Shown here: piece after piece, positions 33,934 through 46,016 of the stretch
Position numbering within the stretch: the stretch's first letter is position 1
How the letters are laid out: every line of letters starts with the position of its first letter
DNA from: Clostridium sp.
GTDB taxonomy: Bacteria; Bacillota_I; Bacilli_A; Acholeplasmatales; Anaeroplasmataceae
Length of the DNA: 64,000 nt
Assembly: GCA_022010015.1 (NCBI GenBank)
Contig: CP091735.1
Coordinates: 739,004 to 803,003, forward strand
Direction of reading: 5' to 3'
Program-made: the position numbers and the translations under genes
The notes under the pieces: model-generated
The model's database searches: none
Seen by the model: only the letters and a program-made list of their open reading frames with translations
What the model was told of the DNA's origin: nothing

Positions 33934-36000
33934 GATTACAATTGAAAATTTTTAGATGTTATTATGGCAAACATGTTGTTGAATTTAGCACAGATGGAAA
34001 AAAATCACTTTAATATATGGTTTATCGGGTGCTGGAAAGACTTCTTTTTTTACAATTTATAAATTGGGTTTTATATAATAAAAAAACGATTTTTGCTAAA
34101 AAGAGATGATAATGGAAAAAAATAATAGAAAAATTTTTCCTGTTTATAATCTTAAATTAGATGATGAAACTGAAAGAGGTAGTACTTTTTGAGGTTAAGG
34201 GAGTAATTGATTTTAGTCATAATGGTATTGATTATCAAGTGATTAGAAACGGAAACATATAAGAAAAATTTTACTTCTTCTATAAAAAGATGATTCTGAT
34301 TTTGTTCTTTTATATTCTGATAATGGAAATTGGATTGAGTATACTGATGATATTGCCAATAAAATTAATGAAATAGTTCCGAGAGCTCTTTCAAAATATT
34401 TCTTTTTTTCATGGAGAAAAAAATGGATTTGTTAAATAATGAAGATTCCGAATTAAAACAGGCTATTTATAAATTATTCGGATTAAATAGATTCGAGGAA
34501 GCTCTATCTCATTTAGGTGATAAAAAAAGACATCTCAAACGGTTATTTATAAATATTATAATGAAAAAAATAGACAACTTAAAGGAACTAGCGGCGTTGA
34601 TCCAAATGAATTGTTTAAAAAAATGGTCGCTTGTAATCAACGTGCTAAAGATTTAAATGTAAATGCTCAAACATATGAACAAGGAGAAAAAAATTTTTTT
34701 CTGATAAAGCTAAGTTTATTATTGAACAAATTGGAAAAAAAGAATCAAGTGGTGCATTTGAAGAAACTATAAAAGCAAACAATAGGCTTATATTGTCATA
34801 TGAGCAACAAATTCAGGACCTATTGTATTCAATAGGTCGATGTTTTTATAGGACAGTTCCATACTTAATGTTGTCAGATTTGACTAAGAATAGTGTGAAG
34901 CTACTTGCTGAAGAAGCTAGTACGCAAGAATCTAAAAAGACAGTAATATTTAAAAAAATCTTAAGAAAGATTTATTAAAAAGAAATTTTGGAAAAAAATA
35001 CATGCACTTGTGATAGATGTTTAGATGAAAAAAATCTAAAAATTATATTCAAAGTACTATTGATAGTATGCCACCTGATTCATATATATATCAATTAAAA
35101 GCAATTTGCATCTAAATCTTCTGATTATATTAAATTATCACAGGATGAGTATGATAAAATTGATTCATATTTAGCTAAAGTCACAGAATTAAGAACAGAA
35201 ATATTGAATTTAAATGATTCTAACAAATCTTTGACTGAAAAAAATTAAAAAAAGTTGAGGATACAAAAGATTTGGCTCAACAGTATGATGAAGCAAATGC
35301 AAAAAGTTAAAGAATATAACTCAAAGAAAACAACTGCGCAAAATGAAGAGGGAAAATACATAAATGCTTCAGCAAAATATGAAAGCGAATATAATAAAGC
35401 ATTAAATGATATCAAGATAAAAAAATATATTTGATGAAAAAATTGAGCTACTTGAAAGAATTTATAAAGTTATCGAAAAAGAATTCTCAAAAAAAGTTGA
35501 AAATACTGTTTCAACTCTAGAAGAAAGTATTCTTGAAATTTATAAAAATTTTATCGACTAGAAACAGAAGATTTTGATAAAATTAGGTTTCTAAATGATG
35601 ACTTTTCACTAAGACGTGTTTCACGTACTGGTGGACAAGAAGCAATTGATGTATATTCATATATTATTGGTATGATAAAAGCACTTCATCAATTGGATGC
35701 GGAAAGTAATGAAAAGGAATTTCCAATTATTATTGATGCTCCTTTTTCACATACTGATGTTATTCAGGCAAATCATGTGTTTGATACGTTACCTGAAATA
35801 GCTCCTCAAGTTATAATTTTATCATTAGAATTGGATAAGTTTAAAAAAATTCTATAATTGATTCAAGAGTTGGAAATACATATGTAATTAGTTCAAATGA
35901 TAAACAGAATCTTGCAACAATTAGTAAATGTAGTATTTCAGAATTATTTGAAATTGAAAAGAAAAATGCTTTAAAGGCTGTATCTAAGGAGGTTAAATAA
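33920..36000 (+). CDS. SMC/ABC-type (DndD-like) ATPase, second copy in the locus (heavily frameshifted)
   Basis: N-terminus MKISKITIENF.CYYG...GLSGAGKTS (Walker A). The middle is coiled-coil-like and K/E-rich. C-terminus ..RTGGQEAIDVYSYIIG...EFPIIIDAPFSHTD (signature and Walker B). Confidence 0.65.
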
Positions 36001-36544
36001 TGAATCTAAGTGGAGATATTATTTTAAAGAATTCTCTGTGGAATGATGCTGAAGACAAATTATGTCATAATTTTATTTTTCGAAAGAACGGTAGATTTAT
36101 TTATTGTAGCATGTACAATTGGTATTAAAGAGGATAAAATTTTGGAAAATGATTTAACTGATGATGATAAGCCTAAATCAATAGGTAGAAGTACGTATTT
36201 AATGAAAAAAATGAAGATTTGACTACCATCATTAACTTTTTTTATATCAAAATGCTATTTTGAACTCAAGTAATGTTTCATTTGATAATGAAACTCGAAT
36301 GAGATTGGCTTTTGATCCTGACTTCCCCGATGACAAAGCAAAAATTAATTTTTCACCAACAAATTTCTTGGTTAAATTTGCGAATTATGGATTAAGTAAG
36401 ATTTATGAAAACTATAATGTTAATGATTTATCTTTTTATTTCAAGTATAAAAAAAATAAAATTGATGAAATGATGATGAAAGATTACTCAGATGTTATAG
36501 CTGAAATTGATAAAGAAATTGACGAATTTGATAATATTAAATGA
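36000..36544 (+). CDS. Small Dnd-locus-associated protein, function unknown (frameshifted)
   Basis: The ATG overlaps the upstream TAA. It reads MNLSGDIILKNSLWNDAED...VDLFIVACTIGIKEDK... and continues into ORF 36260-36544. It is reminiscent of dnd-associated small proteins, but I cannot verify this. Confidence 0.35.
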
Positions 36545-36570
36545 AAAAAAGGTATTGAAATATTTTATTT

Positions 36571-37685
36571 ATGGTGCTATACTCAAGTATATACGTGAGT
36601 ATAGCATTTTTTTATGGAGGTATTTTTTTATGTTTTTCTTATAATTTTCCAGCAGTTAAAGGAATTCAAGCAGAAACTGAATATTATGTAACTATGGTTC
36701 CATGTAAGTTTTTACCTAAATTATTTAAGGTTGACAATGAAGGAGTTTTACCTGAATTTAGAGCACAAAGAAAATTAAATTTAAATAGAATTCCTGAAAT
36801 AAAAGATTATATTATTAACAATAGAAACTCGTATGTATTCTCAGCATTAGCTGCTTCAATTGATGGTGATTTTATTTTTTTAATGAAATTCAGGATTCCA
36901 TTGGTATTCTTGAAATTGATATGGATGCTAGATTTTTTTGATTAACGATGGTCAACATCGAAATGCTGCAATACAAAATGCAATTGAAGAAGATGAGACA
37001 TTAGGAAATGAAACTATTCCTGTAGTTTTTTTGCGGATAAGGGCTTGGAGAGAAGCCAACAAATGTTTACAGATTTGAATAAATACGCTGTAAAGCCATC
37101 TAAATCTCAAAATACTTTCTATGATCATAAAGATCCATTATCTATTATGAGCAGAAACATTATTGAATCAAATCAGTTTTTTTAAAAAAATTATACTGAT
37201 GTTGAGAATGATGCTTTGGGAAAATTTTCTGCGAAATTATTCACATTAAATAGTTTTTATACTGCAAATAAGATGATTGTTGGGTCAAAAAAATTAACAG
37301 ATGAACTAACCAGATTTTGCAATAATTATTGGAATTTAGTTGTTGCCAATATTGTTGAATGGAAAATGCTTGAAAATAAAGAGCTAGCTAAGAAGTCTCT
37401 TCGTGAAGAATATATTATTACTCAAAATGTTGTATTATATTCCTTTGGTAAGTTAGGTGCTTTCTTTTTTTAAATAATCCTAATTTTTAAAATGGAAGAC
37501 TATTTAATTAATTTAAATAAGATAAATTGGCTACGTACAGATCCTCAATGGGATGGTCGTACAATTATAAATGGAAAAATTGCAGTTAAAACACAAAATA
37601 TTAATTTAACATATTTAAAAAAATTAAAGAATTAATTGGTATAAAATTATCACTAGCAGAGAAAGAAATGAATGAGTTGAGGTAA
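36571..37685 (+). CDS. dndB: DNA phosphorothioation protein DndB (DGQHR domain), frameshifted
   Basis: INDGQHRNAAIQ at 36942-36977 is the DGQHR motif. The N-terminal AVKGIQAETEYYVTMVPCKFLPKLF is typical of DndB. The real start is probably ATG 36630 behind the GGAGGT RBS, with a T-run shift. Confidence 0.8.
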
Positions 37686-37689
37686 TAAT

Positions 37690-39281
37690 ATGGGATTATT
37701 AGATGATTTAAAAAAACAAGAAGTTTTGATTGATGACGCTAAAAACGGTATTCGTGAAGTATATTTTATGAATGAATTGCCATGGGTCATCGGATATAGT
37801 GGCGGAAAAGATTCAACATGTACAACACAAATTATTATAGATACATTAATCGAAATGAAAGGCGAAGGAAAAAGAATTAAATAAGAAAAATTTATATTAT
37901 TTCGTCTGATACAATGGTGGAAACTCCTATGATAGTTGATACTATTCATAAAACGATTGAATCTATTAATGTTTTAGCAAGAAAAATATGATCTACCAAT
38001 AGAGGCTTATGTTATTAGGCCTAAATTTAATAATTCATTTTGGGCCAATTTAATTGGTAGAGGTTATCCTTGTCCTAATCAAACATTTAGATGGTGTACT
38101 GATAGAATGAAAATTAATCCTGCTAACGACTTTATTACCAGTATTGTAGATGAATATGGTGAAGTAATTATGATTTTAGGTGTTAGGGATGGAGAAAGTA
38201 ATTCTCGTGATAGAGTGTTAGAAAATCACACCATTGAAGGAAGAAAATTAATGCGTCATACAACTATGGCTAATGCATATGTCTTTGCTCCCATTAGGAG
38301 TTTTACTATAGATGATGTTTGGAATTACTTGTTAAATAATGTTTCTCCTTGGGGTGGAAATAATCAGGAATTGTTTGATTTATATAAAGAGTCTGCTGAG
38401 GATTGTCCATTAATAATAGACAAAGAAACAAAACAACATGCAACTTGTGGTAATAGTAGATTTGGCTGTTGGGTTTGTACAGTTGTTTCGAAAGATAAGT
38501 CTTTAACATCCTTTATTAATAAAGGTGAAAAATGGTTAATACCTTTATTAGAGTATAGAAATTGGCTTTACGAGATAAGGGATAATGAATCAATGAGAAT
38601 GAGAAGAAGACAAGATGGAAGTATTTATTTTTCACGTGTTTCTAAAAATGAAGATGGATCATTGTTAATTCCTGCAAAAGGTGATAGAAAAAAGTTAATA
38701 ATTAAAAAAATAAATGATAGATGGCTTGATAATGAAGATGTTGAATGGCATATTTTTTTAGTGGACCTTCTTGTGAAGAAGATGCGAAAAACATATATAT
38801 CAATAAATAATATTAATTTAAGTGACGGTTTCTAACCCTCATATTATTATTGAAAAAAATAAATGGTGAATATGGTCAGCTTGGGCCTGGACCTTTTACG
38901 CAAAAAAAGCGAGAGAAGAAATGCTTAGACGACTTTTTAATTCTTCAAAATGTTATTGGTAATAGATATACTCTTATACGTGATGAAGAATTATTGGAGA
39001 TTAGAAAATTGTGGTTTAAATATGGTGTTTGGGAAGATTCCGTTTCAAAAAAATATTTTGAAGTAAATAATAAGGAAATATATTTGATTTCAGATGATAT
39101 AAGATTGTTTGATAATTCTGATTTTTGATTTACTTGAAAAAGATATGCAAAGATGAAAATGTAAACCTTGGACTAATGCAAGATATATTTAATCTTGAAA
39201 AATACATGGGTTACAATAATAGAGCTGAAATCGGAAAAAAAATTTAAAGAAATTGTTAAGTCAAGAATTTATACATATTGA
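37690..39281 (+). CDS. dndC: DNA phosphorothioation protein DndC (PAPS-reductase-like PP-loop ATPase), frameshifted
   Basis: PP-loop VIGYSGGKDSTCT. Also RWCTDRMKINP, GVRDGES and the C-terminal Cys cluster CGNSRFGCWVCT. The 3' end is approximate. Confidence 0.9.
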
Positions 39282-39298
39282 AGGGGCAGGTGATATAA

Positions 39299-41239
39299 AT
39301 GAAAATTAATTATATGATTCTTAATAATATAGGACCTTATGTAGGTAATCATAAATTCGATTTAGAAACAAATGCCCAAAAAAATGTTATTTTTAATTGG
39401 TGGTAAAAAAATGGAGCAGGAAAGACATCTTTTTTTAAGGGGAATAAAATTTGGTTTATTTGGCAGTTTTGCACTCGGCTTAAAGAATAATACAGATACC
39501 TATATTAAAAGAAATAAAAAAAGTTTAATAAATAATAAAAAGCAAGTCTAATTACTATATAGAAATATCTTTTTGATTATATTGAAAACTTTGAAATAAA
39601 AAAACTATATTATAAGACGTAGTTGGCATTGGCTTAATGGTGAATTAGTTGAGAGAGTAAGAATTATGGCTGATGAAGTATTACTTGATGATTATGAAAC
39701 AAAAGAAATTTCGGATAAAATTAGATCAATGACTTCACCACAATTAATTAATTCTTTTTATTTTTTTGATGGCGAAAAAAAATAAGTAATATTATTGAAA
39801 ATGGAGAAATTTCGTCATATTTAGAAGAAACTTTTTAAATCAATTTTTTTAGTATCGATTTAATATCTCAAACAAAAAAAGATTTGGAAAATTATTTAGA
39901 AAAAGAGAGCAGAGGAGAATAATTCAAAAGAACAAATTGAAAGTATTAATCTGATTACAAAAAAATTAATTCCTTAAAAAAAATCAAGTTAAAACAGCTG
40001 AAGTAGAATTGACTACGATGAAAAAGTACTTTATCTAATCTTATCTCAATAAAAAAATCAAACACTGATAATTTTTATAAATTAGGTGGTTTATCAAAGG
40101 CTCAACAAGAACTGTTTATTAAAAAGCTTGATAAAATAAATAAAGAAAAAGAAGAAATGAGTATAAAGCTTAGAGAGTATATGGAAACAGATTTTCCATT
40201 ATTCATTTGTAAAGATTTACTTATGGAAGTAGTAATGCAATGTAAATTAGAACGCCAAGCTAAGTATCCTGAACTTTTTAAATGAAATTGGTATTTTTTT
40301 GAATCGTGATTTAAAAAGAATTAAAAGATGCTCTTTTAGAAAAAATTGATATATGTAACATGATTCATGAACTTGAAACACCACAAGTTGATTATATACA
40401 TGAAAGAATGGATGATTGTTTACTAAAAAAACTGCAGTTGTTCAGCCTTATTTGAATAATAAAGCATTAAAAAAACTGATGAGTACAAGCAAATTAAGAA
40501 AAAAATCTTATTAATAATGATAATATTGATACTATTAATGAATTGATTGAAGAAAATAAAAAAATTGATATTACTATTCATGATATTGAAAATAGCATTG
40601 AAAAATCAAAAATATGATTATTGAGAATCTTAATGAAGAATTACGAGTAGCATATTCTGTGTTTGAAAAAAATAATGATGAGATTAAAAAAAGCACATTA
40701 TATGATGCTAGTTTTGCAATTGGAAAGACAGCACATAATGTTTGTGATATTTTTGCTAAGGCAATTATGAAAAAAATAAATTGAAGAAAAATTTCTAAAA
40801 CTGCACTTGAAATTTTTTTAAAGATACAATCCGTAAAACAGATTTTTATTACAGAGTTGACAATAAATACTCAATTTGAATTATCATTGAAAAAAATACA
40901 CGTGGTATTCGTATTGATCCAAAGACATTGTCTGCTGGAGAAATGCAAATATTAGTTAGTTCGTTAATTTGGGCTATGTTTCGAGTATCCGGCCGTAGAG
41001 AAATGTTTATTTTTGATACGCCATTAGCAAGATTGGATAATGATAATAGATATAATTTTATTAAAAAAAATATTTCGACAATAAGTTCTCAAGTAGTCAT
41101 TTTATCTACTGATTCTGAATTTGTTGGAGAAAATTTAAAAGCAATTGAAAATAATATTAATAAAAAATATTTGTTAGAGTACAATGTTGATAATAATGCA
41201 ACATCTGTTAGTGAAGATTATTTCGGAGGTGAAATGTAA
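39299..41239 (+). CDS. dndD: DNA phosphorothioation protein DndD (SMC-like ATPase), heavily frameshifted
   Basis: MKINYMILNNIGPY..., Walker A ..GGKNGAGKTS.., a coiled-coil middle, and C-terminal LSAGEMQILVSSLIWA....MFIFDTPLARLD (track ORF 40928-41239). Confidence 0.85.
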
Positions 41240-41577
41240 TGAATTTGAGATTAAAAACTAATATTGATATTGAATCAATATTAACAGAACTACAATCATC
41301 CTTACAATTATCATCTAAAGCGTCAGTTATGCGTATTGCAATTGCATTGTCATTACAAATTGAAGGTGATCCTAGAATCATAAATGGTACAATTTATCAT
41401 TATGATTTAAAACAGCAAAAATGGAGCAGATTATAATAGGTTTACAATTTTTCGGAACTGATGATGTATTATATAAAGCTATGATGCAACAGCATCTTCA
41501 TCAACATATTGAAGATGATATATTTTTTTCCCGAATTAACTAATGCTCATTTGACAAGAGGAATAAAAAGAACTTAA
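41239..41577 (+). CDS. dndE: DNA phosphorothioation protein DndE (frameshifted)
   Basis: The ATG overlaps the dndD stop. MNLRLKTNIDIESILTELQSSLQLSSKASVMRIAIALSL matches the DndE N-terminal pattern. About 110 aa after joining frames. The 3' end is uncertain. Confidence 0.7.
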
Positions 41578-41651
41578 TGCCGAAGTGAAATTAGCTTTAA
41601 ATAAAGAAAAAAATTTTTTTAAGAAAATTTCTATTATAGGTGGTGAATTTT

Positions 41652-42778
41652 ATGGCAACTTTATATTTAGATAATGCAGCTACTACAAGAATATGTAAGG
41701 AAGTTCTTGATGAAATGATTGGCTCATTAAATGATTTTTGGAAATACTGAAGCAAAATATTATTCTTTTTGCTGAAAATGCAAAGTCTAATGTTAATTTG
41801 GCACGAACTAGAATTGCTAATGCATTAGGATGTAATCCTGATGAAGTTATTTTTTTACTAGTGGTGCTACTGAGGCTAATAATTTATTTATTAAAGGTTT
41901 AGCGTTATCTAATCCTAGTAAAAAAAGAATAATTATACGCTCTATCTAGCATTCTTCTATTAGAGAAACTTGCTATTATTTAAAAGAATATGGATATGAA
42001 ATAATTGAAATACCTGTTGATAAAACTGGAACAATTAACCTTAAATTTCTTGAAGATTCAATTAATAATAATACATTGTTTGTTTCTATTATTTTTAGTA
42101 AACAACGAAGTTGGTACAATACAAGATTTAAAAAAAATTGATGAAATTTGCACTCGAAAAAATGTAATTTTACATACAGATGCTACTCAAGCTATTGGTA
42201 AGGTTAAAATGAATATAGACAAATATAAGTCATTAAAACTGTTAACTTATACTGCACATAAAATATACGGACCAAAAAGGAATTGGTGCCTTGATTGTTC
42301 GTAAAAATGATGGAATTAAATTGAAATTAACACCACTTTTTCATGGCGGTGAACAAGAAGAAGGATATCGTGCAGGAACATTATCAAATGAATTGATTGT
42401 AGGTTTTTGGTAAAGCTACTGAACTTGCAACTAAAGATATTGATTTAGATAATAAAAAAATTATATGAATTAGAAGTATCTTTTAATTGAAAAAGATAAA
42501 ATCAAAAATTTGGTGATTTAATTAGAATAAATAATGATTTCCCTAATAGAATTCCAGGTCTAATCAATTTGCAATTTAAAGGACAAAATAATATGATTTT
42601 ACTAAAAAAAATGTCATCTTTAGTTGCAGCCTCAACAGGCAGTGCATGTAGTGTAAATAAACCTTCGCATGTATTAAAGGCTATGGGTTTTAGTGATGAT
42701 GAAATTAGTTCATCGTTGAGATTTTCATTGTCAAAATATCAAACAGAAGAAGATTTGATGATTTTAAATGATTTGTAA
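41652..42778 (+). CDS. dndA: Cysteine desulfurase, DndA/IscS/NifS type, apparently disrupted (frameshifts plus in-frame TAG at 41946)
   Basis: [13 protein letters not shown]...[10 protein letters not shown]...[10 protein letters not shown] (PLP Lys)...[13 protein letters not shown] (active-site Cys). It is the last gene of the dnd cluster. Confidence 0.75.
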
Positions 42779-42926
42779 TAGCTCTCTATAATTATAAAAA
42801 AATTTTATTTTTGTGCTATCATTAAATATTTAAAAATTAGGATTATTAATAAAAAAAGGTACAGCTTTGAGCTATATGTTAATGTCAATAATAAAATAAT
42901 CAAAAGGCTCGAATAATTTTCATCAG

Positions 42927-43300
<374 letters not shown>

Positions 43301-43329
43301 TCTAAGTATGGCAAAAAAAATTGAAGTTA

Positions 43330-43551
43330 TAAATAGTGGAACATTGTTAAAGAAATAAAAGATGGTAAACGACTTACAAATTTTCCAAGTATGAGTGAAA
43401 GTGAAGTATGTCATGTAAGGCCGCATGGTCAAAATGCTTCTGACACATATCCTTTGCTTATTAAAGATAAAATTACGGGATTAAGTGAATATACCAAACA
43501 TTGTTTTTTTGGCTAAATAATAGTTTTATAAAGAAAGTAATTACAGATTAA
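43330..43551 (+). pseudogene. C-terminal remnant of a Sau3AI/MutH-family restriction endonuclease
   Basis: ..IKDGKRLTNFPSMSESEVCHVRPHGQNASDTYPL....TKHCFF.LNNSFI resembles the conserved C-terminus of MutH/Sau3AI-type enzymes. The N-terminal ~90% is absent. It abuts the IstB remnant. Confidence 0.55.
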
Positions 43552-43621
43552 AAAAATAATAATAGGTGAATAAAATTATACGTAAAAAAACATAGTGTCA
43601 GGTGCTGAAATCAATAAATAT

Positions 43622-43661
43622 AAGTAAGCTTACTATATTATTGAGCTTACTTCTTTTTTTC
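43622..43661 (+). terminator. Intrinsic terminator
   Basis: 9-bp stem AAGTAAGCT (43622-43630) / AGCTTACTT (43644-43652), then CTTTTTTT. Confidence 0.7.
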
Positions 43662-43879
43662 GTTTATAATAAAAAAAGGTAGCAAATAATTTAGAAAAAT
43701 AAGGAAAAATAATTCGTATTATATATATGAACAATTAATTATGAAGAAGAACCAGAAGGGGATAAATAAGAATGTATAATAATACTTTATTCTACTATAT
43801 ATAGGAAATTAAGCTTAAACGTATTAAAGTGTATTTTTATATGCAATAACATTTGAAAATGGTAAAGAAGGAAATAATT

Positions 43880-45047
43880 ATGGTAAGTAATAATCGTGTA
43901 AAAACTAGTTTTTAGGAAATGGTTTTTGACTTATTTTTGTGAATTAAAGACAAGATATATTTATTTTTTTCGTTTTGAAAAATAAATATGATAAAAATTA
44001 AAAAAATTGGGCTAATTCTTTTGCTAATATAGTTGAAAAATTTATATGAATATGTTAGAGGGAAATCTGTCAATTGGAAGGATTTATGGCTTTCATTCGA
44101 AGATGAATTTGAAATTAATATTTGGGATATGTATTTTGCATTAGAAATAGGAGAAGAAGATTATGGATGGTGTGATATTGAAACTGAAATGTTAAAATCA
44201 TTCAAAAGCACTAATCAACTCTTCAATTGGAATAATGTTTTTAGAATTTTATATGAAAGAAACCCAATTATGATTTTTGCAATAAATTTAAAGCTAATGG
44301 CAGCATATATAATTCATAAAAAAAACTTTTTATATCAACAAAGTATGATTTTTTTATGCTTTTTTTATTACAGGAACTTAATAAATTTGAAAAAGAATTT
44401 TTGGATTATATGTTGAAAATGAATATGAAAAAGAAATATAAAGAAAAAGTTATACCAAATATTAAAAAAATATTTGATTGTTTTGAAAATGATGAATTAG
44501 GTAAAATTGTATCAATCGAAACTTTTTAATTATACTGATAATGTTATAAAGAATGAAGAAGAAAGGGTACCAATTTTTAGAAAAAATTAATCATATAAAT
44601 GGTGATTACAACAATCCCATATTTGGTATTGATTCAAGTAAAATTGATGTTGCATCGCCTACTGTTTTTTTTACAAAAGTTGCACGTGGAATGTATAACT
44701 TAACTCAAAAGAAGAATGATTTTTTTCAGTATTCGGTTCTGATTTTGATACGTTAATTATATTTGGACATTTGTTAAATGAACATGATTATAGTTATTTT
44801 TTTTCCAATTTTTTTGATTATTTAGATATGACTAATTTTACTAAAAACAACAACTTTAATTTTTTTCATATTATATATATGATGAAGAAAAAAAGAAATT
44901 CAATTTTTGTTAGATCAAACTTCAAGAGTAATTCGTATTATTGATGCATATGAAATTTATGCTGGTGTTAAAAAAACACATAGATTAATTGACACACTTA
45001 CAGCACAAGGAAGAATAATTTTTTTAAAGAAATACATAAATAAGTGA
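43880..45047 (+). CDS. AbiH-like abortive-infection protein (frameshifted)
   Basis: N-terminal ..LGNGFDL.. motif at about 43915. The central part is track ORF 44033-44416. The C-terminal ..DTLIIFGHLLNEHDYSYFFSNFF.. matches the AbiH GHS/D..Yf block. Confidence 0.55.
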
Positions 45048-45194
45048 ATTTATTAATACTACTAATGATTAATTGAATGTTAAGAACTGCTATAAATCTA
45101 AGTTTGCTATGGCAATAGCAAAAAAATAATATATGTTAATTTTATTGGTTCTTGAATTGTAAAGCATAAAAATGAAAGCTTAATTGGATTGTTT

Positions 45195-45380
45195 TTATAT
45201 AAAAAGCATTAATTATACAATTTGATGGGCAATTAATTTTTGTGCGCTTGACTATAATGAAAGTTCTCTTACTGGTGATAATTACTTAGGTGAAAGAGTT
45301 AAAATATTTAAGGAGATTAAGTTATTAGAATTCATTTTTTTACTATTGGTTTATTATATTAAATAAAGGTGTGGTCAACT
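45195..45380 (+). pseudogene. Decayed fragment paralogous to the 28007-30807 helicase (motif IV-V region)
   Basis: 45268-45300 (cttactggtgataattacttaggtgaaagagtt) against 29369-29401 (cttactggtggtaataacttaggtgaaagagtt). Similarity extends about 80 nt on both sides. It translates as ..SLTGDNYLGERVKIFKE.. with stops. Confidence 0.6.
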
Positions 45381-45555
45381 TTTTTATATGATAACAAAGC
45401 AATGAAGTTAAGTTTACAATGATATTCTTAATGAATTTCAACAAAATTTCAACAAAAAGTGTTTATATATAAAATAATTGTGATATAATAATATTTGAGG
45501 AAGGAATGGAATTGTTAAATTATGGTTTTACAACATATCAGATTTATTTGACGTT

Positions 45556-45846
45556 ATGGCTGATATATTAGTTGATACTATATCAAATGAAGCTAATATA
45601 ATGCTAAATATTAAAATTGATTGTAGATTTAATGAGTCAAATCATTATTTTAAAATGTTATATCCCTATTTAAATAATTCGACTTTTAATGCAGATGAAA
45701 TTAACAAAATAATTGATGACATATTAATGCAAGATATATATACTAGATTGTTGTTTATACAAGCCATTGATTTAATAAACCCTTTTGAGATGGTTTATAA
45801 TAGTTATATGAGAAATACTTTGGATGAATCAAAAAGTATTGAATAG
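45556..45846 (+). CDS. Hypothetical protein (96 aa)
   Basis: Intact ORF. No family recognised. Confidence 0.3.
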   Translation: MADILVDTISNEANIMLNIKIDCRFNESNHYFKMLYPYLNNSTFNADEINKIIDDILMQDIYTRLLFIQAIDLINPFEMVYNSYMRNTLDESKSIE

Positions 45847-46016
45847 TAGACACACTGACAAAATTTTTAATTTTTTCCTAAATTTAAAAAAATATTATAT
45901 CCCATAAACATAGCATAAATAATTCGATAGCAAGTATGTTTTCAAATATATGTTATGTATATGTATCCGATAAATATAGCATTCAAAAATCATTATTTTT
46001 TTGATAATTTTTGAAA

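Noticed and set aside
37653-38509. - strand ORFs 37653-37949 and 38306-38509 antisense to dndC; similarly 54529-54792 and 56979-57221 antisense to the giant lipoprotein gene, and 50302-50505 antisense to the NTPase gene
   Set aside because: They lie opposite well-supported genes with clear motifs. There are no RBSs, and their translations are low-complexity.
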